Shown here one piece after another: positions 33,289 through 39,773 of a stretch of 45,228 bases of DNA. Both the position numbers and the translations under genes were made by a program. Source of the DNA: a virus; the IMG/VR virus record IMGVR_UViG_3300038379_000089, positions 1-45,228 of that record; one strand, given 5' to 3'. A model generated the notes under the pieces. That model did no database searches, had not been told where the DNA came from, and worked only from the letters and a program-made list of their open reading frames with translations. The first letter of the stretch is position 1; each line of letters begins with the position of its first letter.

Positions 33289-33727
33289 ATTTCGTCGTAT
33301 ACCAGAAGATGTATACAATAGGTATATTTTAGCATATTTTGAGGGAAAAGTCAATACCCTTTGGAGAATTATTTTTATATACCTTTATCCCATTCTATTC
33401 ATTAATTAATATCCCCCTCGGTAGAAGCACCAGATGTCGTATTTTTGCAGGGGCACTACCGGGAGTCCGCGAATATGGGTATCGTTGCAGATCATATGGT
33501 TAGGGGTATGTTATCTTTGAAGGTAGAGATATTCATGAACATCTTCAGATAGATAGGGCACTTACTTTAGGGTAGAATTTCTGTGAGAAAATTTGGGGGT
33601 GTAATAGCACATGCACCAACAAAGCCGACCCCCCCTCCCCACCCCTCGGAATTTCCACAATTCTATAAAATCCCTTTGACTATATAAATACGTTTTCACC
33701 AGTCAGATATGGAATTATTTTATGTAT

Positions 33728-33736
33728 TGTGGATAA
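33728..33736. promoter_or_regulatory. Perfect DnaA-box 9-mer (TGTGGATAA = TTATCCACA)
   Basis: Exact match to the consensus DnaA box inside the 1.6-kb non-coding region, about 35 bp upstream of tandem 10-11-bp repeats. Confidence 0.4.
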
Positions 33737-33770
33737 CTTTCTTTCAAGGCCGGGCGTTAGACGCTATGGA

Positions 33771-33802
33771 AAGTTAACGAAGGTTAAAGAAAGGTTAATG
33801 AT
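33771..33802. repeat. Three tandem 10-11-bp units A(A/G)GTTAA(C/A/T)GA (iteron-like)
   Basis: AAGTTAACGA / AGGTTAAAGAA / AGGTTAATGAT, spaced at one helical turn. Confidence 0.6.
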
Positions 33803-33877
33803 TATGGCAATAACCATGCATGCGATAAGCCGTTCGGCATAGATATGCTCAGAGTGAGGGTATATTTATGGTAATGA

Positions 33878-33901
33878 ATGTTTCACAGGATGTTTCACAG
33901 A
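33878..33901. repeat. Tandem 12-bp repeat ATGTTTCACAG(G/A) x2
   Basis: Read directly; the two units are contiguous. Confidence 0.7.
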
Positions 33902-34016
33902 GTGAATGTGGTATTGTAATACCCCTAGGTATACCTACAACCTCCAGTAGTAAATCACAACCTTAGATTGTTTCATTGATATCGTGCAGCATTCCAGCGG
34001 ATTAAAGGCCGGGACT

Positions 34017-34057
34017 CTGTTCCCTATCTGTTCCAATAGGTATTCTCTTTATGTTCC
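34017..34057. repeat. Three phased (C/A)TGTTCC boxes
   Basis: CTGTTCC at 34017 and 34028, ATGTTCC at 34051 (spacings 11 and 23 bp), followed by an AT-rich tract at about 34080-34170. Confidence 0.5.
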
Positions 34058-34532
34058 GTGTTTCTTTTCATTTGTTACTCATTCACACTAAACATAGTTA
34101 TTTAATTTCAAAGAAAATGTGTTTTAATCGTTTTTAGATACTAGAGTACGTTCTTTTCTTTAGTCTCTTATAGCGGGCCGCCTGCACATCGCTCAACTTG
34201 TACTCAATAGGGACGCGCAGCAGGTTTACAACGGCCAGTAAGTCTATAAGAACGGTTTTTAGAAAAGGGCGGATAGACGCAGCGGGCAATTGGCGCTAAT
34301 TGATTGTCGTACCTTAAATGGAAGTTGTCTCGGGCAAACTGAAACTTGGCGGATGTGCTGGGGGTATGCCCGGGGGAAAAATCGTTAAAACTGCTCCTAA
34401 AATCAGGCGGGAAGTAAACCTAGCGTTAACGTGACAATAACAACGGGAATGCGTAACAATGCTTATAACCTATCGGCAAAGTTCGTATGGTGCCATATAA
34501 CATGTGTATATGGTATGGAGTAGCGTTTAACG

Positions 34533-34573
34533 GTATCTCTATGGGCATACTGGCGGTGTGCCTATGGAGATAC
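34533..34573. promoter_or_regulatory. Imperfect 15-bp inverted repeat (operator- or hairpin-like) upstream of the early operon
   Basis: GTATCTCTATGGGCA (34533-34547), an 11-nt spacer, then TGCCTATGGAGATAC (34559-34573); 13 of 15 positions are complementary. A second 7-bp hairpin is ACCCATG (34603-34609) / CATGGGT (34624-34630). Confidence 0.45.
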
Positions 34574-34659
34574 TGTTAACAAACGTATCAAAAAATCGGT
34601 AAACCCATGGCCGATAAAACAAGCATGGGTAAATCAAATAAAGTAAAGGAAAACTAAAA

Positions 34660-35115
34660 ATGGAAAAAGCACAAATTCTCAAAAACATCGCAACCTTGAA
34701 AACATCCGGCGCAACTTGGGATAAACTAGCGCATGCAACAATGCTTGCTATTATCGAACACGTCGAAAAACATGGTGAGGTATCCCTTGTTAACAAATTT
34801 ATTAAGGATGCACCGACAAAAGGGACGCGCGTTAATTCCGTGAAAACTTGGTTTATGACCTTTGGCAAAATCGGCTATGACAGTGAAAAGGAATTATTTA
34901 CCTTTGCCAAAAAGAAAACAACCAACCTTGCGGAAGCGCGTAAAACCCCGTTTTGGGCACTAACAAAGGAAGAAAAATTCACGCCGTTTATACTGGATTT
35001 TTCAACCATCGAAAAACTTGTCAATCGTGCCGTTGAAAAACAGGCGGATTCGCGCAACAATGTCAATGCCGCCGCTCTTGCCGCATTACAGGGCGCGCTG
35101 AAGCTGGCCGCGTAA
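34660..35115 (+). CDS. Hypothetical protein (151 aa), first gene of the plus-strand block
   Basis: ORF track. AAGGA RBS. Helical Lys/Ala-rich sequence. Confidence 0.75.
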   Translation: MEKAQILKNIATLKTSGATWDKLAHATMLAIIEHVEKHGEVSLVNKFIKDAPTKGTRVNSVKTWFMTFGKIGYDSEKELFTFAKKKTTNLAEARKTPFWALTKEEKFTPFILDFSTIEKLVNRAVEKQADSRNNVNAAALAALQGALKLAA

Positions 35116-35137
35116 CACTAAAACCAGCACTATCTCG

Positions 35138-35199
35138 ACGGAATATCTGCTACTGGCCATTAGTCCGGCTTGTGGCGGGTATTCCGTTTTTCTCTTTTA
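35138..35199 (+). terminator. Candidate intrinsic terminator / attenuator
   Basis: ACGGAATA (35138-35145) pairs with TATTCCGT (35180-35187) around a long loop, followed by TTTTTCTCTTTT. Lies between two early ORFs. Confidence 0.35.
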
Positions 35200-35212
35200 A
35201 GGGAATAAAACC

Positions 35213-35392
35213 ATGAAAACCAGACAACGCAACAAAACCGCCAAGGCCTTCACCAAGATGGCCCGGATTTATAACACGCCGTTTGAGGACTATACCCTTG
35301 AGGCAAATACCTTAAGGGAAGTGGTAGAAGAAGCCGGAATAAAATTGACTGCGCTGGACGTAGAGCGCGGATTTTCTTGGGAAAACTTTTAA
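35213..35392 (+). CDS. Hypothetical protein (59 aa, below the track cutoff)
   Basis: Read by eye: ATG 35213, 59 codons, TAA 35390-35392. Translates as MKTRQRNKTAKAFTKMARIYNTPFEDYTLEANTLREVVEEAGIKL... Confidence 0.5.
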   Translation: MKTRQRNKTAKAFTKMARIYNTPFEDYTLEANTLREVVEEAGIKLTALDVERGFSWENF

Positions 35393-35415
35393 CAGAGTGA
35401 GAGAAGTGAAACGAC

Positions 35416-35658
35416 ATGTACAAATACCCCAAAGGGCTGTATAATGCAATCTGCCTTGCGCTGGACATGGGAGAGACAAGGGAAGAGATACTTCAGCGCA
35501 TTGCCATCACCTCTTCCATGCTGGACGTCTTGATATGGGAGCGGGACAGCCTGAGGCGTAAGGAAAAAAACAGGAGAGACTACCTAAGAAAGAAGGAAAG
35601 GAAGAAGAAAGATGGACAGACCTATAAAGACGTGGGAGGACTGGCAAGCCTTCCTTAA
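35416..35658 (+). CDS. Hypothetical protein (80 aa) with strongly basic C-terminus
   Basis: ORF track. C-terminal [20 protein letters not shown]. Confidence 0.6.
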   Translation: MYKYPKGLYNAICLALDMGETREEILQRIAITSSMLDVLIWERDSLRRKEKNRRDYLRKKERKKKDGQTYKDVGGLASLP

Positions 35659-35776
35659 CGCGAATCCCCTTTATCGCTTAAGCCGGGCAATTTACGATCA
35701 AATCCAAGACAATGATAGCCCGGATAGGGCGGTGGAGCGTAGTGACAAAGGAGATGAAAACGATGAACACGATTAA
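35612..35776 (+). CDS. Small acidic protein (54 aa), uncertain
   Basis: Read by eye: ATG 35612 after AGGAAAGGAAGAAG; TAA 35774-35776. Acidic tail [11 protein letters not shown]. Overlaps both neighbours. Confidence 0.3.
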   Translation: MDRPIKTWEDWQAFLNANPLYRLSRAIYDQIQDNDSPDRAVERSDKGDENDEHD

Positions 35777-36485
35777 AAACAAAGACACTGGAGAAATTAT
35801 GTGCGGGGGAGACTCTCTTGCTACCGTTCTGGAGAAGCATCAGAAGTGGGCTGCGGGAGAAATCTGCGGAGTACGTGCCGACCTGAGTGGTGCCAACCTG
35901 AGTGGTGCCAACCTGAGTGGTGCCGACCTGAGTGGTGCCAACCTGAGTGGTGCCAACCTGAGTGGTGCCGACCTGAGTGGTGCCAACCTGAGTGGTGCCA
36001 ACCTGAGGAGTGCCAACCTGAGTGGTGCCAACCTGAGGAGTGCCAACCTGAGTGGTGCCGACCTGAGTGGTGCCAACCTGAGTGGTGCCAACCTGAGTGG
36101 TGCCAACCTGAGGAGTGCCTACCTGAGTGGTGCCAACCTGAGTGGTGCCGACCTACCTGCCTTTTCCCTAGCCCCCGAAGAAGGGAGTTTTACGGCCTTC
36201 AAAAAACTATGTGACGGGGTAGTGGCAAAACTTGAGATACCCGCAGGCGCTCGCAGGACATCCTCCCTCGTGGGCAGGAAATGCAGGGCGGAGTTCGCTT
36301 ATGTGTTGGAGTTAACTACGCCGGAAGGAAAACAGGTACTTTCCGGACGATCACGGCATGACGGAAGTACTGTTTACCAAGTAGGGGAGACAATCAGGCC
36401 GGACAAGTACGACGAGGACATCCGGGTTGAGTGCACAAGCGGCATCCATTTCTTCATTACCCGCAAGGAAGCAGAGGATTATTGA
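35763..36485 (+). CDS. Pentapeptide-repeat protein with a C-terminal globular domain
   Basis: 19 consecutive A(D/N)LSG-type pentapeptides, then about 105 aa ending [19 protein letters not shown] 35763 sits 9 nt after AAAGGAG; the track ORF starts at 35712. Confidence 0.9.
   Translation: MNTIKNKDTGEIMCGGDSLATVLEKHQKWAAGEICGVRADLSGANLSGANLSGADLSGANLSGANLSGADLSGANLSGANLRSANLSGANLRSANLSGADLSGANLSGANLSGANLRSAYLSGANLSGADLPAFSLAPEEGSFTAFKKLCDGVVAKLEIPAGARRTSSLVGRKCRAEFAYVLELTTPEGKQVLSGRSRHDGSTVYQVGETIRPDKYDEDIRVECTSGIHFFITRKEAEDY
35877..36161 (+). repeat. 19 tandem 15-bp units (GCC-RAC-CTG-AGT-GGT) encoding the pentapeptide repeats
   Basis: Units differ at only 1-3 positions (GAC/AAC/TAC; AGTGGT/AGGAGT). 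In frame with the CDS. Confidence 0.95.
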
Positions 36486-36487
36486 TA

Positions 36488-36518
36488 ATTGAATGAATGG
36501 ATAAACAAATGATGGCGC
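36488..36518 (+). repeat. Direct repeat ATTGAATGAATGGAT..AAAC..GATGG(C/T)GC, copy 1
   Basis: ATTGAATGAATGGATAAACAAATGATGGCGC recurs with small changes at 36619-36652. Confidence 0.7.
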
Positions 36519-36618
36519 TAAGAACACCTTGTGCTGACCCCGCCGGTTGGAGTCCCCTTTTTACCGCTAAACCATTGTTTTATACGGAGTATTGGCCGCC
36601 GGTAAGTATATAAGCCCC

Positions 36619-36652
36619 ATTGAATGAATGGATGGATAAACCGATGGTGCCC
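36619..36652 (+). repeat. Direct repeat, copy 2 (ends in GATGGTGCCC)
   Basis: ATTGAATGAATGGATGGATAAACCGATGGTGCCC, 131 bp downstream of copy 1. Confidence 0.7.
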
Positions 36653-36682
36653 ATAAGGGTGTAAGGGATTAACCAATTAACC

Positions 36683-36761
36683 AAACAAATAGTGCCCGAT
36701 GGTGCCCTTATGAGTCCTTCCTTCTCTTCCTTCTCTTATACATTCTTTCCTCTTTCCTCCC
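36683..36761 (+). promoter_or_regulatory. Repeated control element, copy upstream of the DUF932/replication operon
   Basis: AAACAAATAGTGCCCGATGGTGCCC followed by the polypyrimidine tract GTCCTTCCTTCTCTTCCTTCTCTTATACATTCTTTCCTCTTTCCTCCC. Matches the minus-strand element at 33146-33288. Confidence 0.55.
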
Positions 36762-36934
36762 TTACGGGTGTATCTGAGGAATCTCTGTATACCTCTGCGA
36801 ATCACCCTATTCCTATTTTTGTATGTATAGTTTACCCCTGCATAGGCAAAGATAGGGTAGCACATTTTTACAATTCTGTCAACAACTATCTGTAACTATC
36901 GTGGAACTACTTAACAACAAAGGAGAAAACTACC

Positions 36935-37705
36935 ATGCTCGACACTCATGCACTAAAACAACTCTGCCCATCCGTCTTTTCGTATGACGCTAGCCATAAA
37001 ACCTCCCCAAAATACCGCCAAGTTCCCACTATAGACATAATCAACACCCTCAGGGATGCATCATTAGAGCCCGTATACGCGTCCCAGACGAAGAGCAGGG
37101 GTAGTAGCGGGGTACACTCTAAACACGTTATACGCATGAGACCTACCCTTGAAACGGGGCTGCTGCGTGAGGAGGTGCCGGAGGTAGTCATCGTTAACTC
37201 CCATGACGGGTCCTCGAGTTACCAGATATCCCTTGGGATTTTCCGGATTGTGTGCTCCAATGGCCTGATTGTCGCCAGCTCTATGTTTGAAAGCTACAGA
37301 GTCCGGCATACAGGCAATAACCTGTTAACGGAAGTCCGGGATGCTTCGCTCCGCATCATTGACAGGGCACCGGAGGTATTCGCAGGGATTGATCGTTTCA
37401 AGAATACCCCGTTGACCATAAAACAGCAGCTTGAGTACGCGGAGAAGGCGCTGGCGCTCAGGGATTCATCCATTAAAGTCCTTCCCATCGAGGCCCTGCA
37501 ACGCCGGAGAGAGGCGGATAACGATAATAACCTCTGGAATACCTTTAACATAGTACAGGAAAATTTGTTGCGTGGAGGGTTCCACGGGGAGACATCCACA
37601 GGACGGTTCCGGAGGGTGCGGGGAATCACAGGGGTATCCCGCAACGTCGAGCTGAATAAAGACTTGTGGAAACTGACCGAGGAAACATTCCGGGAGGTAG
37701 CATGA
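36935..37705 (+). CDS. DUF932-like protein (256 aa)
   Basis: AAAGGAGAAAA RBS. VIVNSHDGSSSYQISLGIFRIVCSNGLIV matches, from memory, the NSHDGS...R.VC.NG core of the DUF932 family found in phages and conjugative elements. Confidence 0.65.
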   Translation: MLDTHALKQLCPSVFSYDASHKTSPKYRQVPTIDIINTLRDASLEPVYASQTKSRGSSGVHSKHVIRMRPTLETGLLREEVPEVVIVNSHDGSSSYQISLGIFRIVCSNGLIVASSMFESYRVRHTGNNLLTEVRDASLRIIDRAPEVFAGIDRFKNTPLTIKQQLEYAEKALALRDSSIKVLPIEALQRRREADNDNNLWNTFNIVQENLLRGGFHGETSTGRFRRVRGITGVSRNVELNKDLWKLTEETFREVA

Positions 37706-38382
37706 GTTACCAAGTGGCACTAACCCAGAAGTCAGGTAACGCCAAGACCGGGCCGATTCCCGTATCCACCACTACGTTTAATACCTGCCCGGATAGCTGC
37801 CCCTTCCGTAAGCACGGCTGTTACGCGGATAGCGGGCCTCTTAACCTGCACTGGAAAGCCGTTACTGAGGAGAGACGGGGGGTTGCGTGGGAAATATTCA
37901 CCAAGCAAATATCCCTGCTTCCCGAGGGCACTTTCTGGAGGCATAACCAAGCGGGGGATCTTCCGGGCAACCGTATAACCATCGACCAAAAAGCCCTTCA
38001 GCAGCTAGTGGACGCAAACAAGGGAAAGATGGGATTCACCTACACCCATTACGATGTTATAGCTAACGGGGCTAACAGGGAAGCGGTGAAGGGCGCGTGT
38101 GAGGAGGGGTTCGTTGTTAATCTATCCGGCAACAACCTTTCCCACGCGGATAAACTCAAGGCGCTCGGGATTGCTCCTGTTACTGTAGTCCTTCCGTCAA
38201 CAGTGGAAGGAAAGGCGGAGATAACTACACCGGCGGGTAACAAAGTAGTGGTGTGTCCTGCTACCTACAAAGACGATGTGAGTTGTGATACGTGCAGATT
38301 GTGTGCTAGGAAGAGGGATGTTATAGTCGGCTTTCCCGCGCACGGTACTACCAAGAAGAAGGCAGATGTAGTGGCTGCTTAG
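37702..38382 (+). CDS. Cys-rich conserved phage protein (226 aa), GP88-like from memory
   Basis: ATG 37702 overlaps the upstream stop (ATGA) after GGGAGG. N-terminus KTGPIPVSTTTFNTCPDSCPFRKHGCYA; C-terminal CDTCRLC. Confidence 0.6.
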   Translation: MSYQVALTQKSGNAKTGPIPVSTTTFNTCPDSCPFRKHGCYADSGPLNLHWKAVTEERRGVAWEIFTKQISLLPEGTFWRHNQAGDLPGNRITIDQKALQQLVDANKGKMGFTYTHYDVIANGANREAVKGACEEGFVVNLSGNNLSHADKLKALGIAPVTVVLPSTVEGKAEITTPAGNKVVVCPATYKDDVSCDTCRLCARKRDVIVGFPAHGTTKKKADVVAA

Positions 38383-38438
38383 TTTCATTGTTCAACATAG
38401 CCCGCACTACAGGGGCACCAGTAAATAGGAGAAGTAAT

Positions 38439-38867
38439 GTGGGGCTCGACATGTTTCTGACAGGCCGTAAATACCTTTCAAAGTACGACAAGGGGTACGT
38501 TCCTCTTGAACATTGCGGAAGAAAGGCAAAAGCCGTGGAGTTCGATTTGGGGTATTGGCGCAAGCACCCTAACCTTCACGGGTATATTGTCAACACTTTC
38601 GCGGAGGGAAAAGATGAATGCCAAGAAATCCCTTTAGGTAAGGAGGACATCCAGAAAATCATTAACGCGGTAAACAACGACGATCTCCCGCACACGAAGG
38701 GATTCTTTTTCGGCGTGTCCGGTGACGTCAATAGCTCAGATAAGGAAGAGAGGGAATGGGCGTTAAAGGAGAAACAGCGGACGCTTGAGGTTTTCAGCGA
38801 GGCCATCGACTTCCTTAATGAGCAAGAAGGCGGGTATCCCTCTGTATACTACTCAGCTAGCTGGTAA
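38439..38867 (+). CDS. Hypothetical protein (about 140 aa)
   Basis: GTG 38439 (4 nt after AGGAGAAG) or ATG 38451, both inside track ORF 38388-38867. The block GYWRKHPNLHGYIV resembles a recurrent phage family of unknown function. Confidence 0.6.
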   Translation: MGLDMFLTGRKYLSKYDKGYVPLEHCGRKAKAVEFDLGYWRKHPNLHGYIVNTFAEGKDECQEIPLGKEDIQKIINAVNNDDLPHTKGFFFGVSGDVNSSDKEEREWALKEKQRTLEVFSEAIDFLNEQEGGYPSVYYSASW

Positions 38868-38871
38868 TTCC

Positions 38872-39141
38872 ATGTCATTGAAAATGGACATACTCAGCTA
38901 TTGTAATATAGCTCATGCGGAAAGCGGGCTGTACGACAAGACGATGATGGGGCTGGCGCGTAAGTTAAAAGCCGCGGGCTACCCCGACACAGAGGTGCAC
39001 GGAATCCGTAACGGACGGGTGGATGTAATCTATAAATCCCTTTACTGGATGGCGGATCATACCATTCGAGAGGAGCCCGTTCTGCGTGTGCACAAGTACG
39101 CTAAATTTAAACCGTTAACAGAAGAGGAGGAAGCAGCATGA
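38872..39141 (+). CDS. Hypothetical protein (89 aa)
   Basis: Internal ATG 38872 of track ORF 38785-39141, 5 nt after the upstream stop. Confidence 0.6.
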   Translation: MSLKMDILSYCNIAHAESGLYDKTMMGLARKLKAAGYPDTEVHGIRNGRVDVIYKSLYWMADHTIREEPVLRVHKYAKFKPLTEEEEAA

Positions 39142-39473
39142 AGGATGAAGAGTTTAAGGTCAATTCCGTGATAAATGAACTGGTGGAGTTTCTCGCCCAT
39201 GACGACAATCTTAAGTGGGAAAGCACCGTTGAAGGAAAGGAGTACTGGCAGGAGGTGTACGAAAAGCTCTGTACGCTTGGGGAGGTTGACAAGGATAATG
39301 TAATCCCCCGGAAGTACGAAGGGCGGAATACCCCTGAGAGGGAAATGGCTGTTCTGCTGGCTATGTCCTTTCCGTTCTCCGGTACAGACGAAGGGTTCGA
39401 TTACTGGATGGGGGTCTATAACAAGCTGTACGATTATGGTACCGCCGACAGGCAGCTCTCGTTCGGGTTCTAA
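39138..39473 (+). CDS. Hypothetical protein (111 aa) with an internal duplication
   Basis: ATGA start/stop overlap. Two copies of EG..YW..VY.KL (STVEGKEYWQEVYEKL and GTDEGFDYWMGVYNKL). Confidence 0.7.
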   Translation: MKDEEFKVNSVINELVEFLAHDDNLKWESTVEGKEYWQEVYEKLCTLGEVDKDNVIPRKYEGRNTPEREMAVLLAMSFPFSGTDEGFDYWMGVYNKLYDYGTADRQLSFGF

Positions 39474-39626
39474 TTTTGAACTAGGACGGAACCCGTTGAA
39501 CTGCGCTAATGGAAAAGCAGGGGATTTTTCCGGGAAAATTTCAGGTACTCCTACCGGAGCATCGGTACTCGGAAGTCCCTTGCTTTTTCTTTTCGTCTGT
39601 GCTACACACTTAAAGGGAGAAGGGAT

Positions 39627-39773
39627 ATGGATGTGCGCTGCCGAATCTGTGACGTGATAACCAATAACCTAGACATCTGCGATAAATGTTTTGATGAAGC
39701 CCCAAGCGAGGAAGAGCTGGAGTGGGAGGAGGACGATATTGAAGAGGAGGGGGACGATCTCGATGAGCGATGA
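39627..39773 (+). CDS. 48-aa zinc-ribbon-like protein with acidic tail (below the track cutoff)
   Basis: Read by eye: AAGGGAGAAGGG RBS, ATG 39627. MDVRCRICDVITNNLDICDKCFDEAPSEEELEWEEDDIEEEGDDLDER, TGA 39771-39773. Overlaps the primase start by 11 nt. Confidence 0.5.
   Translation: MDVRCRICDVITNNLDICDKCFDEAPSEEELEWEEDDIEEEGDDLDER

Noticed and set aside
33108-33335. 75-aa minus-strand ORF in the control region
   Set aside because: It is made of the translated purine/pyrimidine tract and the GTGCCC boxes (FFNPFFLFFLL...). It has no RBS. The same element upstream of 36935 is not open in the equivalent frame in the way a gene would be.
33038-34659. tRNA or tmRNA genes in the large intergenic regions (also 36486-36934)
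   Set aside because: No cloverleaf-compatible segment or GTTCRANNC T-loop was found by eye. This is a weak negative that tRNAscan-SE or ARAGORN should confirm.
34539-34868. 109-aa minus-strand ORF overlapping the inverted repeat and the first early gene
   Set aside because: It is antisense to a well-supported plus-strand gene with an RBS. It begins inside that gene and runs into the regulatory hairpins.
35877-36161. Could the 15-bp tandem array be a CRISPR array or a non-coding satellite?
   Set aside because: The units are contiguous with no spacers. They are only 15 bp long and in frame with a pentapeptide-repeat protein that has a proper start, C-terminal domain and stop.
35801-36214. 137-aa (+) and 88-aa (-) ORFs across the pentapeptide repeat (WCQPE... 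and APLRL... periodic peptides)
   Set aside because: They are alternative-frame and antisense readings of the same 15-bp tandem units. The openness is a by-product of the repeat, and the pentapeptide frame explains the region.
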